From: the human T2T-CHM13v2.0 reference genome, Homo sapiens
NCBI RefSeq assembly: GCF_009914755.1
Contig: NC_060925.1
Direction: 5' to 3' (one strand)
DNA length: 64,000 nucleotides
In this document: positions 51,343 through 64,000 of the stretch, in pieces
Layout: the number at the start of each line of letters is the position of its first letter
How positions within the stretch are numbered: the stretch's first letter is position 1
The notes under the pieces: generated by a model
What the model saw: the letters and a program-made list of their open reading frames with translations, nothing else
What the model was told of the DNA's origin: nothing
Database searches by the model: none
Position numbers and translations under genes: made by a program

Positions 51343-53439
51343 TAACGGCTGCTAGAGTGGAGATGTGAAATCTCCCTGGGCCAGTCGGGCTGTTGCCCTG
51401 ATAACTAAGCTGCCCAGCTTGAAGAGTCTGAACTCAAGAGCTTTGATCCTGCAAGAAGAGTCCATTCCCTTGTTCTTCAGTGGGAAAACCCTGTCACCTG
51501 AGTTCATTTAAAACTGATGCAAATCCAGAGAGCAAAGCCACGCTGCATTCAGAACATGTCTTAAGACAATAGGTTCAAGGAAACAGCGTTGTTACTGAGC
51601 AAATTCCCTTTGCAAATTTCCAGGCCCTTCCGTGCCAAAGCAAGGTAATCCAGTTTAATGCGAGTTGCCTTTTTGGGAGAGAAAAATAAAAGGCAAAATA
51701 TTTAAGGATTCCTTTATTCTGCTTTTAGCTTCTGAGCCCAGCAATTAATTCTTATGTGCTAAAGGACTTCTGTGTTTATGAGGCATTATTATTTAATGTA
51801 GGCCTATTTTAAATTGTAATTTTTTTCATTAAGTTGCCTCTTTTCACTTATTAAGACCAGTTTTATAACCTAGCATAGACTGTATTCCTTGAGTAATAAC
51901 TATTTTTCTTTTAAAATATTCCTTAATAACCCATCATCCATATTTTAAATTTTATTCTGAGTCAGAGATGCCTCCCTGTTGCTCACACGTCTCTCCTCAT
52001 GATTCTGAGTAATGTTGGAGGATACAGGGCTGCCAGATCCTCTGCCAGCTTTGCTTTAAGTCTCAGTGCAGAAAGCGAAACAGCAGCCACTGGTGACTGC
52101 CCAGCCTCCACGCTCCTGAGGCCCATGTGGAGCAGCCAACAGGTTGGGCCATCTGCCTCACAGCTTCCCAGCAATGTTCCATAAGGCAGGCTTGCTGGGA
52201 GCAGCTGATGGGGGTGGAGGGGCGCAGAGAAGTGGGATAGCTGCAGGGAGCTGGAGCATGGCAGGGCAGTGAATCCCAGGTCATCTGCGGCAGCACGGCC
52301 CCCGGGTGCCGGGCACAGTGCTATGGTCCTTGCCTGGGCCATCTCTCTGCATCTCCCCTTGCCAGCCTTAAGAAGTAAAGAGAATTATCCCATTTTGCAG
52401 AAGTGGAAACTGAAGCTCAGAACAGTGGCGTGACTTATTCAGGGTTGCAAGGCTAGCTTGTGATAGAGTCAGAAGCTGTCCCCAGGTCTGTCTGATTCCC
52501 AAGCTCAAAGTTATAATCTCTCAGCACTAGTGGTCCTGACAATTCTCCTACAAGCAATGAGACCAACTTCTCCAATAGAACATTTCAGAACACCTTCCCT
52601 GCTGTTCTCATCTTGGCATCACCATTGTCCTGAGAAATAAGCGCCATGAGCCCATTTTTCCGATGAGATAGATGACTGAGGCCCAGAGAGGAGTAGGGAC
52701 TTGCCCTTTGTGTCCATGGCAGAATGAGGGCTAGCCCGGGGTCTTCTGCTTCAAGGTCTGGGCTGCTTTCTTTTCTTCCTGCCTCAGCCTGTGGTTTCCC
52801 TATTGCTGACTGCACCACCAGCCCAACCCAGGGGGGGTCCTGGCCCCTCTGCTCAACATGCCCCTGGCCCTGGAGAGGGCACTGCAAAGACAGCCATGGG
52901 CTGTCAGGGCACCTCACAAGCATCCTGTGGTCACATTGGTCTCAGCCCTCCTCCCTGTCAGCAGTTTCAGCTGTTCCTTGGATGCAGGATTGACCCAGGG
53001 TTAAGAAAAAGGGGAATTCCCCTCACCCACCACCAAGGACATGGAGAAAGTTCCAGAGGGTGACCACAGGCTGTCAGATGAAAGACGGTCAGGGAAAAGA
53101 CACTAGTATGGTAGAAAGGTCATAGGACTGTGCTTTAGGAGACAGGGGTCCTGGTCTTGAGTTGCCTGTTAATTGGCTCTGTGGCCTTGGCCCGGGGCTT
53201 TCTCTTCCCTGGGCCTTGATTTATCCATCTGTGTAACAAAAGGGTTTCAATTCCAGATCCTTAAGTCCCCTCCCTCTGATATCCTGCCATGGGAAACCTC
53301 CTTTGGGATGCCAATTCAGCAACAGTATGGCCAGACCCACTGATTTATTTTGTTGCTTTTTCATTCATCTTATTCATTCATTCACTTTTTTTCCACCAAG
53401 AACGTTATTGAATTCCCACTGTATGCAATGCATTGGTGG

Positions 53440-53790
53440 AATGTAATAGTAGACTAACTGCTGTAACAAACCAAATTTCAGCAGCTTAACACAGTGGTAT
53501 TTTATATCTTATTCATATCAGGGCTTTTGGGGACCATAGGAGGACTTGGCTCCATACAGTCATTCAAGTACCCAGGTTTCTTTCATCCTTTCATCTTATG
53601 ATCCACCCTCTGCCAAGTCCTCAGAGCCCTCCCCACCCTGGTGATGAATGGAGAGAGAGGGTGTGCAGGCAGCATGGGAGGTTTCTAGGGGCCAAGCAGG
53701 AAAGTCATATTCCCCTGGCCAGGATATAGTCACATGGCCCTGCCAAACTGCAAGTACTGCCTGAGTAGCTAGGAGGGAAAGGAAATGGAG
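53440..53790 (-). mobile_element. MLT1J-like LTR
   Basis: ctaactgctgtaacaaaccaaatttcagcagcttaacaca...tagtcacatggccctgccaaactgcaag. Confidence 0.7.
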
Positions 53791-54677
53791 TGTGGGGAGC
53801 ACACGGCCATCTTCCTGGGTCTGGGCAACACACACACAGCACAGAGCAAGGACCATGTACAAGACAGAAGCTTCAGATCCCAATTTGAGCTCGGGTGAAG
53901 GAGTCTGGGACAAACACAAGAACGTGAGGTCCCAGGTGGACCCGGAATTGGCAGGCCCAGCATTGCATCCCACAGGAATCCCTCTCATCAGCCCAGGATC
54001 TGCTGCCTAAGGAAGCTTTTCCCTAGTCTCATCACCTTCCCTGCCCAACACTTCAAAGGCCTGAGGACTGACTGAGCAAGTCCTGCCCTTCTCTGGCCTC
54101 ATTGTCACCCATCCATAAAATGGGAAGAAAAATGACCAACATTAGCTTTGCAGGGAATTGGAGGAGCATCAGGTGTCTACAAAGGGCCATAGAACAGCCT
54201 TCCCAAGTCTTATTAATAGTATAAGCATATCATTATCAATAATGAAACACATATTAATAATAAATAAACAAACTAATGATAAATAATACATACATCATGA
54301 ATAATACATTAATCCTACAAGTTTTTGAACATCTATTGCCTCTGACAGAGGGGAATTTGATTAGTTTGCTGGAGATTAGAGAGGGGGAATATTTCAAAAG
54401 AGCCCGGGAGGTCGGGGCAGGGGATGGATGCCAGAAAGCACCGGGGACTGCTCCCTGCAAAGGCTGTAAATCATTTGAGGTCCCTGGTGGCCCAGAGCTG
54501 AGCTGACCTGTTAGGGGAGGTGAGAACCAGGAATCTTGAGTGAGATGCTCCCCCTCTGATGTTCTTTCATGGCCCAAATTTAGGATGGGAAATCTATAGC
54601 TCAATAAGGCAAAAAGTATCCAGCCGCAGCAAAATTAGAGTTCATGGTCCAGGCTGGGCCAGTTGAACATACCTATT

Positions 54678-55348
54678 ATATTAGTCTGTTTTCACACTGC
54701 TATAAAGAACTACATGAAACTGGGTAATTTATAAAGAAAAGAGGTTTAATTGACTCACAGTTCTGCATGGTTGGGGAGGCCTTGGGAAACTTACAGTCAT
54801 GGAGGAAGGTGAAGGGGAAGCAACGTATATCTTACATGCAGGCAGGAGAGAGAGAAAGCGGCAGAGAAAGTTCCACAATTTTTTGTTTTTGTTTTGGTTT
54901 CTGTTTTTTGAGACGGAGTCTTGCTCTGTCGCCAGGCTGGCCAGGCTGGAGTACAGTGGCGTGATCTCAGCTTACTGCAACTTTGCCTCCCGGGTTCAAG
55001 CAATTCTCCTGCCTAGCCTCCCAAGTAGCTGGGACTACAGGTGCACGCCACCACACCAAGCTAATTTTTGTATTTTTAGTAGAGACGGGGTTTCACCATG
55101 TTGGGCAGGATGGTCTTGATCTCTTGACCTCGTGATCCGCCCTCCTCGGCCTCCCAAAGTGCCAAGATTACAGGCGTGAGCCACTGCGCCTGGCCAGTAC
55201 CACACTTTTAAACCATCAGATCTCATGAGATCTCACTCACTCACAAGAACAGCATGGGAGAAATCTGCCCCCGTGATCCAGTCACCTCCCACCAGATCCC
55301 TCCCCTGACACGTGGGGATTACAATTCAGGATGAGATTTGGATGGGGA
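54678..55348 (-). mobile_element. MSTA LTR interrupted by Alu
   Basis: ttagtctgttttcacactgctataaagaactac ... cacacttttaaaccatcagatctc ... aaaccatatca. Confidence 0.9.
54879..55195 (-). mobile_element. AluS (small internal duplication gccaggctg x2)
   Basis: Full Alu in reverse inside MSTA. Confidence 0.93.
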
Positions 55349-55386
55349 CACAGAGCGAAACCATATCACCTGTAGAACTTATTAGT

Positions 55387-56800
55387 TCATTCATGGATTC
55401 ATTCATAGATTCATGGATTCATTCATTCATTCAATGTGTCCTCAATGCCAGTAGTGTGGCCAGCAACATGCAAAGCACTAAGAATGTAGTAACAGAGACA
55501 GGCATTTGGCCCGTTAGAGGCTCCCAGTCTGCTGTGGGAAACAGACTGGCAAAAAGAAGTGTCCTCATGCAATGAGTTAGGGCTATGGTAGATGCTGTGA
55601 GAGGGCCACCTAACCCAGATTTGGGAATGCTGGGCATGGGGTAGGTGAAGCTGGAGTGTACATCAGGAGTGGTCTTTGGGGTAAATGACATCTAAGCTAA
55701 GACCTGAAGGACATAGCGAAGTGATGGGGGCAAAGTGACGGTCTTCCAGGCCAAAGGAACAGCAGGTGCATAGACCCAGTGGCCCGATGCAGCCTGACAT
55801 ACTTGGGGAGCTCTAAGTAAGTCAGGATGGCTGTGGCTCAGGGTGCAAAAGATAGAAGGGCAAGAGATGAGCAGAGCAGGAGGAAGACCCATGAGTGGTT
55901 TTGTATAGGGGTCAGGGGTTTGGACTTCATCCCAAAGGCAACAGGGAGACAAAGAAGAATTTGGATGCAGGCCAGGACATGAGCACCCTGGGCTACAGCA
56001 TAATCCACATTGTTCCAGGGCTCCATGGCTCACAAATCCCCGTAAGGTACAGTGTTCATGTCTTGGTTCATTCATTACTTTATTTGTGCAGCACACTCAC
56101 TGAGCACCCATCCTGTGTCAAGCATTATGCAGAGGTGCATACCGGGTCCCTGGGCTTGAGCGCTAGTCTGATGTCTGAGACAGACACACGAAGAACCACA
56201 TGTTATATTACAATGGAATGTGTTTGGGCTGTGACTGAGATGTTTACAAAGGTCTATGAGCTCAGGAGAGGGTGTATCAGACTCATATCAGTCAAGGAGG
56301 GGGTGACCATCACATTGAACCTGGAAGGATGCAAATTACCCTAGGTGAACTCAGAGGAGAAGGGTGTTCCAGGAAGAGGAAACAGCACAGGGAAAAATAA
56401 TTGGAGGGGTTTGGAAGGGCTGATGAGGGTGCTGCAAGGTGGGCAAAGGCACAATGTGAGACTGATTGAGTTGGAGGGGCAAAGAGAGGCAAGCTCATAA
56501 GGGACTCAGTTGGCCATGACAGTCTGAACTTTATCCTGAATTGGAAGGCAATGGGGCAGGGAAATTGAATGGCATTAACCAGAGAGGTGGCATCATCATA
56601 TTTGCATTTTAGAAATATCATTGAGATTTTAGGGGGCTGGGTACCTTAGAGGGACAAGTTTGGGGGCCAGAGACCAGTGAGCTGGCTATTGCAGAGTTCC
56701 ACCAGGAGATGTGGAGGGTCCAAACTGAGGCCGGATTGGTGCAGAGTGGAGTGAAAAAGACAGTTGTGAGAGTTATTGGAGAAGCAGAATTGATCCGTCT
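55387..56800 (-). mobile_element. Cluster of degenerate L2 fragments
   Basis: (ttca)n tails at ~55387-55433 and ~56067; L2-like gggtgttccaggaagaggaaacagca, tttgcattttagaaa. Confidence 0.6.
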
Positions 56801-57741
56801 TAGAGACTGATGACCTGTTAGCTTTCCCCCTCTTTATGGAGTGGCTTTCTTTTCTTAAAGGCACTGCCCACTCCTGGCCCCACCTCTCACCCTTTTTTCG
56901 GCCAACAAGGAGGTAGATGGTTGGGAGTGCCCATTAGTCCAGCATGGAAGAGTGTATTTCACAGAACTCTCTGTACCTGCCTAGAAGATATGGTTGCAGT
57001 AATTGGTTTGTTGTAATAATATTTATTACAATAGTAATTATGTAGCACTGGAACCCAGGGAGGATGTCCTTAGTGCCAAGATAGGGTATTTGTCTTCATG
57101 AGATAGGGGTGACCTCTTTTCTTCATGAGTGGTAGTGCGTGGAGCTCCTGTTATCACATGGAGATAAATTCCAGACCCACAGCAGGGGGAGGGTGGTGCG
57201 AGGAATTTATGTGGCCCTGACTGTCATGGTCCATCCCAGCAAGACCTAAAATCCAGCTAGTGGAGCTGCTGCCAACCACCTGACCACCCGTCTGCCCCAG
57301 GTCAAGTTGTGGTGTGATCCACAATGGTTCTCTTAGGAGATAAGGGTCCTTGAATTCTTGTCACCACTGCTGCACTTCCAGATGCAGAGTGGGCTGAGAA
57401 CCTGTCCCTGCTCTCAGGAACTCCTAGTCCAATGGCAGACATACCCGCTGCCCCCTGAGGAAAGGATGGATGACCCATGTTGCTTTTCAGTCTTCACTAA
57501 TTACTTGCTATCAATAAGTAATGGTTTGGGTGATACACGGCAGACACTTCTGGGCCAAAATAACTGGTCCTGAGCTAGGTTCAGAGGACTGTGTGTCAGA
57601 GATGTGGCGGAACAAATTGGCCAGCCCAGCCACAAGTCTCTTACAGTTCCAGAGACGTTCTCAGTCAAACACAACTTCCTGGCCCTCCTTGCAGACTTTG
57701 CTGGCTTTGAACTTGAAAATGGCCTCAGCCATCTGTCTTCC

Positions 57742-57760
57742 TGCTGCCACCTTGTGGATG
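57742..57760 (-). promoter_or_regulatory. Candidate CTCF-binding site
   Basis: Minus strand reads CATCCACAAGGTGGCAGCA, close to the CCASYAGRKGGCRS core. Confidence 0.5.
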
Positions 57761-58197
57761 CATTGTGTCCTGTGACTATAGCAGGGTGCTTGACCCTGCT
57801 ACACTCCAGCAAGACTTCTTGTGTCCTTCCTAGCCCGTAGTCCCACTACCCACTACCCACTCCTGTTTTCAGCTTCTCCATTTAGAAGCAAGGGGGAGTG
57901 GGTTGCCATGAGGTGGTGGGAAGAGTGTTGGACTCAGAGTCAAAGGGCCTGCCTGCCAAGCCTGGTTCTCTGTGATGGTGAGAAAGTCACTCTGCATCTA
58001 TGAGCCTCAGTCTCCTCACCTGTAGAATGGGGACACTATCCGACAGGGTTGCAATGGTAATCAATGAGCTAGTAATTACAGAAATCCTTTGAAAACTGCC
58101 AAGCACTGGTCACATGTTCATTTTTTCATTCCTTCAACAATTATTTATTGGGCTCCTACTAAGTGCCAGGCACTGTTCTAGATTCTAGGGATATAGT

Positions 58198-58574
58198 AGT
58201 GTTAGTCCATTCTTGCATTGCTATAAAGGACTGCCTGAGCCTGGGTAATTTATAAAGAAAAGAGGTTTAATTGACTCAAAGTTCTGCAGGCTGTACAGGA
58301 AGCATGGCTGGGAGGCCTTGGGAAACTTACAATCATAGCAGAAGGTGAAGGGGAAGCAGGCACATCTTACATGGCTGGAGCAGGAGAAAGTGGGGGAGCT
58401 GCTACACACTTTTAAACAAGCAGATCTCTTGAAAACTCACTCATTATCAAGAGAGCAGCAAGGGAAAAGTCTGCCTCCATTGCCCAGTCACCTCCCACCA
58501 GGTCCGTCTTCCAACACTGGGTATTACGATTCGACATGAGATTTGGGTGGAGACCACAGAGCCAAATCATATCA
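58198..58574 (-). mobile_element. MSTA/B LTR
   Basis: ttagtccattcttgcattgctataaagga..ctgggtaatttataaagaaaagaggtttaattgactca...ccaaatcatatca. Confidence 0.9.
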
Positions 58575-58629
58575 AAGTAGTAATTAAACAACACAAAATC
58601 AAGGACTTCCAGCTCTGGTGAGATGAAGT

Positions 58630-59215
58630 GAAGACAAGCCTCATTTCATCTTTCACTAATTCAAATATAAAACCTAGGCAGAATATATGGACATCTATTT
58701 GAAAAATCTGAAAAGTAAATACTAGCAGATGGATTGGGGAAAACACTAGAATCAAGGTGCCACATAAAGAATGAAGATAAATAAAACCTACAGTCTTACT
58801 GGGTAATACTTAAAAAGTGCAGAATACAAATGAAAATCACTTGATACACACACACAAAAAACCCATGAAAATCTCAACTCACATGGGGAAAGAAAATCAG
58901 TAGACTACAATGATGAGATGGCACAGATGGTTGAAGTATCTGACAGAGATTTTGAGGCAGCTATGAAAATGCTTGAACAAGTTATCAAAAACAGTCTTGA
59001 AACAAATAATGAAATAGAAAGGCTCAGCAAAGACATAGAAGATATAAAGAAGAGCCAGTTGAAAAAGTAGAGCTGAAAAATACAATAACCAAAATAAAAA
59101 ACTCACTGACTAGACTCAGTAGCAGAATAGAGATGACAGAGGAAAGAATCAGTGAACTTGGAGGTAGATCAATAGAAATTATCCACTCTGAATAACAGAG
59201 AAAAAAGTATTGAAA
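58630..59215 (+). mobile_element. Old L1M 5'/ORF1 fragment
   Basis: A-rich ORF1-like gagatggcacagatg..tatctgacagagatttt...gaggaaagaatcagtgaacttg. Confidence 0.75.
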
Positions 59216-59219
59216 CTCA

Positions 59220-59810
59220 CACACACAGTCTCATGGGGTGTACAGTCTAGTTGGAGGTCAGGGATGTCAACAGACAATAAACAAGTAAGTATATGTAGGC
59301 AGTGATAAACGTCTAAGAAGGAGTAAAGCAGGGTAATAAGTCAGAGAGTGACAGGGGTGCTATTTACATGGGGTAGTCGCAAGAGTCTTCTCCAAAGTGG
59401 TGACATTTGAGCAGAGAAAGGATTGAGGGATTGAGCCATGTGGGTATCTAGGGAAAGATTGTTCTGGAAGGTGGGAGCAGCAAGGGCAAAGGCCCTGAGG
59501 TGAGGATATTCTTAGGAAGCTCAGGGGCCAGCAGCGTTCATTGTGAGTAGAGAAACTGAATGAATTCAGAGTGAGGGGAGCTGAAATCAGAGAAGTAGGG
59601 AGGACACAGGGCCAGGTGAAGGCAGAACAGGTGGGCCAGTGAGGAGATGGAGCAGTAGGTGAGGAAACAAATGATGGTGGCCAGGTGCAGAGAGATAGCA
59701 GCGGAGGGGTGAGCTAGTTGGATTCTGCATATATTTTATAGAGCTTACAGGTCTTGCTGGCTGCTTTGATGTGAGCATGAGAAAAAGAGGAGGTTCCAAG
59801 AAGTAGATTG
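59220..59810 (-). mobile_element. L2 fragment
   Basis: gtggtgacatttgagcagaga...agcaagggcaaaggccctgaggt...ggattctgcatatatttt. Confidence 0.75.
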
Positions 59811-61402
59811 GTGTGCTCTGAGCTCCCTGATTGGCAAATAGGGGAAACATCACATCATTGTAGGGCCTGTTTCCTTGTGGTGCCTGGAGACAACCAAGAG
59901 GTGCATCAGGCAGTGATGGACTGCCTTACAGCAGGGTTCCCTACCCAGGACTTAGGCACGGGCATGGAGGATGTTTGCATTTCTAAGTGTGAAGTTTCCT
60001 GGCTAATCTGAGTCCATGCATCTGGGCTTGTGAGATAGCATGAAGAACCACACCCTCATCTGCTGCAAGCTCCTTTGTTAGCTCCCCTCATGGCAAGGAA
60101 ATGGGAGAAGCCAGGAAGATAGGACAAAAGCTCAGCTCACTGTGACCAGGAGAAGCAGGATATTGTTCAGGATGCAGCAGCAGCTCCTCTTGCAGCCCTG
60201 AGTCTGCTGGTTCTGGCACTCACCTGCTGAGGTGGGCACCAAGTTTCTTGCTCGAGGGCCTTGTTGTTATGGTGGTTCAGTTAAGTGCCACTACCTGTAG
60301 ATTTGTCTGCCTTACAGTCTCTCCCTTACCACCGTGCTGTCTGCTGACGCATGGTTAACGTCTCATATCCTACCATCCTGAGTGAGAGAACCTGATAGGG
60401 TGGCCACTCACCACTCAGTGCTGATTTCCTCTGTTGGATGCAGTTCTGATGCTTGGTTTCATGGGAGGCTGTTGGATACTCCAAGCTGGCAGCAGCACCA
60501 ATCCAAGCAGATGTGGTCAGAGAAGCAGGTTCAGAACACACCTGAGGTCGGGGGAGACTTTGGCTCAGGCTGCTTAGGGAAAAGCCCATTAGAAACAGGT
60601 GCCTCTGTGAGGGCCCTCCTGGGAATTATAAAACAGTCAAGGGAATGAGTAGAATCCATTTGTTTCTTTCTTCAACACCATCTTTGATCCAGGTGCTGTT
60701 CTAGGCACCTGGGGACCATAGCAAATAGAAACAGTTCATGGCCTGTGTTGAGGTGAGCATACCCTGAATATGTCATTACAAGTAATTTTCGGTGTCCCAA
60801 GCAGTAGGAGCAGGAGAGGCAGGAGTGCTTTGAGGACTATGGAAGTTTGAGGAGTTGTTTTCTTGAGGAGGTAACATTTTTGTGAATCCTTGAAGGATGC
60901 CCAGGAAATATCCAAGTTACCCAAGTGAGGGAGAGGGCTTAGGGCAGAGGGACAGCCTGTGTTCAGGCCCAGAGGTTAGAGGAGGCTGTGTGTGCAGGAG
61001 AGCAGAGGCAGCAGGCCCTGGATGATGAGTGAGAGGTGCCAGAGGAACCTGAGAGCTAGGCATGGGCCAGATCTCCCTGCTGGGAGGATGTGCAACTTTT
61101 CCTATGGAGCAATGGGAAGCTCCTGGAGACCCTAAAGAAAGCCAGGGGCGTGCATATTAGAGAAATGATCAGGGACCATGAATGGGTGCAGGAAGCCCAT
61201 GTTGCATACTTTGTCACCACCACCACCACCACCATTGTCTGAGAACCCAAGAGCAGCCATGCTCTGAGGAGGGGATTACCATTCACTTTCCTTCAGCTTT
61301 ACACCGAGTCAAGGGAGGCATCGTTACCCCTATTATCCAAATAGGCACAGAGGTTTAAGTGAATTAGCCAGGGCCATCCATGGACCACGGTGAAGTTATA
61401 AC

Positions 61403-61518
61403 AAGGGTGAAAACTCATCTCGGTTTGCCAGAAACATTGTCAGTTTTAGGTGCTGAAAGTCTCTCGTCCCAGGAAACCCCCTCAGCCCTGGGCAGATAGG
61501 GACATGTGGTGACTCTAA
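61403..61518. mobile_element. MER81/MER94-like hAT-Blackjack MITE
   Basis: agggtga...cggtttgcc...tgctgaaagtc..gtcccaggaaaccccctcag...ggtgactcta with degenerate TIRs. Confidence 0.65.
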
Positions 61519-62119
61519 CATAATTTATGTCTCTTTTCAGAGACAGGCCCATATCCCTCTCATGGAAGCCCTCGCTGACCCCGTCCCCTGGGGCCAGGCC
61601 TGAGCCAGCCCTCTGGACACATCCCCTTGGAGCTGGGAAAGGGCGGGGAGTGATGTCGGGATGTTGCCAGGAGAGTTCCTGGGTGTAGGAGCTATTTGTC
61701 ATCACCTCATTAGAAGGGTGCCAGGTTCCTAAATATTGCCCGCGATTTTGCTAAATGTATCTGAACAGGAGTGGTGTAAACGCTGTCAGAGATAGAGGGG
61801 AGAGTGATGGCACCATCCAGGATAATGAACTGCTTAGTTAAGATGGATCCGTCTCCACTCCTGATCCACTTCTCGATACCGCGCTTAGTGGGGCTCACAC
61901 ATCGAGGCTGATTGGTGGCAAATTTAATGCCCTGAAAGACAGAGCTCCGTCTTCAGCTGGTGGCTGAGTAATTGGTGGATTTGCTTCTCTAAGGAATGGT
62001 GTTGAGTTGTACCCAAAAGGAAGGTGGGAAGGTGGCCTCTGCTTCTGGCCTCCCAGGTTCAGGCTCAGTTAGCATCTGATACGGGGTTAGTTGGAGCAGG
62101 AAGACCCCCAAAATCAAGC

Positions 62120-62230
62120 TCCCTTCTCATTTTACAGATGAGGAAACTGAGGCCCAGGAAGAGGGAAAACTTGCCTGAGGTCCCAGCGCTGGGTGGCAGT
62201 GTTGCTGAGACCAGAACTCACCTCTCCTCT
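62120..62230 (-). mobile_element. MIR
   Basis: cattttacagatgaggaaactgaggcccagg..aacttgcctgaggtc. Confidence 0.85.
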
Positions 62231-64000
62231 GCTCTTCACCGCTGTGCTCCTGGCTTCCCCCACCCATGCCTGCTCAGCTGTGCCTCCTCATTCCCAGGGG
62301 CTCCATAGGAGGGATGAACCCCGAAGTGCTTCCATTCAGAAACCTCTCCAGGAGGGTCCCCAGCAGAAGCCTTCTTGAGCCTCCTCTCTAGTTTTATGTC
62401 CTCTGCCTCGGGGGAGGATCTCACTTTGTGGGTCTCCTGACTTTGACCCCAGCCTGGATGAGATGTCTGGCTGAGCTAGTCATCTCTGAATCTTCTCTTC
62501 TCTCCAGTCAGCTTCCAGATGCCAGTCTCTGTTCTTTCAACCTCTACCTTGGAGCTGTCTTTCCTAGACTGGAGAGTGGAATGCTGGAGGGAGTGCAGGC
62601 AAGGGAAGGGGGTTGGCGGGAAGCATGGTGCCACCTCGCCCTGATCCAGGATGTCCTGTTTGGGTAGAGCTTGTGTTGAATGAAGCCCTGGACCATGCTT
62701 TACCACTTTGGACCCTGTGATTATTCCTGCATCCACATTACACATGGGGAAACTGAGTCCCATGGCAGTCCCATAACTTGCCCAGGTCGCTACTGAATGC
62801 TAGAGTGAGAAACTCGATTCTATCGACAGACTTCAAATTCTGGGGAGGTACATGGGTGGAGAAGAGCCAGGAAGGATGGGGAGGAGATTTTCAGGAAAAG
62901 AATCCGTGCAGGGTATGTGGAAGATGATGGAATTTTGTGAGATCAGGGCTGGGGGAATATTAATTGGACCTAGAGGAGAACTTTTCCTGTGTTTTTCTCT
63001 TGGAAACAGCTCCCTTGCTATATGAACCCTTGCCATCTCCTCTCCTGTGTGTGTCTGTGTCTCAGAGGTGTTTTCTCACCTGTGATCCAGGTGTTGATTG
63101 GTGCTGTCATAGCCTTGCCTGGCACATCTGTTGGAAAATCACCTTGCTTTCCACCTTCTCCCTCCTCACCCCAGCCAGAGAGCCCACCTCCAGACCTGAG
63201 ACTTAGACCCCACACATCACCTGATGTTTGTCCTGGCCTTGGATAAGAAGGGTGGAGCCCACAGCTCATTGCCAGGCTCTGACCTCAAGCCCTGAGGCAG
63301 TAGGGTCTCCCCTCTGCCCACCATCTCTCACGTGAGCCTGGCCCCAACCCCAGGTCTCTCTGTTTATGGTTCCTATCATTCAGTGTGTAATTCTGGGTCA
63401 GTCCTTTCCCCACTCACCTGGCCCAGCTCCTGCACTGGCTTCCCTGCCCTGTCTGAGAGCCAGGCAGCTGGTGAAGACTCAGTGGCAATCGATGGAGCTG
63501 CAAATTGGGGGATACCACCCAGAATTCCCAAGAGACCCCATCAAGTAGTATGTTCTGCTCCAGCCAGTAGCAAGAAGTGGTAGAAAGAAGTTGGCTTTGG
63601 AGCCAGATAGCTCTGGGTTCAGATCCCAGCTTGGCTGCTCTGTCCATGAGGCATGGAATGAGGTGCTCCATAGCTCTGAACAGTAGCTCGTTCCTGTCTG
63701 TGACAGAGGCATATTTACAGGAGGGTACGAGGACCCAAACTGCCTGTGCCCATGAACGCTCAGAATGCATCGCTTATTGTATTCATATTTTAATACTCTA
63801 CTGATATTAATGGAATTCATATTCCAGAAGGAGAGGCAGATGTGCAAACAGACAATTGCACTCCAGTGTGACATACTCATGGTCGTGGCATCGTACAAGG
63901 CACTGGTTGCTGCCTGAGCTGCTGAAAAAATGGGAGTGAGAGTGCTGGGAAAACTAAGTGACACATGCTCAGGCAAGGAGTTTTAGTCCTTAGAGCTAAA

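Noticed and set aside
54720-58340. Shared stretch between two MST LTRs (ctgggtaatttataaagaaaagaggtttaattgactca, ggccttgggaaacttaca)
   Set aside because: Explained by common family consensus and parallel CpG decay; the rest of the copies diverge normally

Overview
Primate (very probably human) non-coding genomic DNA. It is CpG-depleted, has no CpG island, and is densely packed with interspersed repeats: 11 Alus, a young L1PA 3' end, old L1M and L2 fragments, many MIRs, about 18 LTRs (MLT1, MST, THE1, MLT2A1, LTR10C, LTR16) and DNA transposons (MER47B, MER1A, MER20, MER58C, MER81/ORSL-like). I find no supportable protein-coding gene, tRNA, rRNA or CRISPR array; the supplied ORFs look like chance or repeat-derived frames. 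The window resembles a gene desert or a very large intron, with short repeat-free islands rich in developmental TF motifs. Four signals stand out. (1) Two MIR copies at 18502-18717 and 20840-21055 form an inverted repeat about 93% identical by hand alignment, far too similar for independent MIR insertions, and bracket a 2.1-kb segment. (2) A ~130-bp locally templated copy of 28956-29099 is inserted inside a MER1A. (3) A degenerate ~33-bp-period array with a conserved GATTAGATC core lies at 28354-28560. (4) LTRs show a strong minus-strand bias, suggesting an unseen plus-strand host transcript. Repeat family names come from recalled consensus sequences, and boundaries of old elements are approximate.
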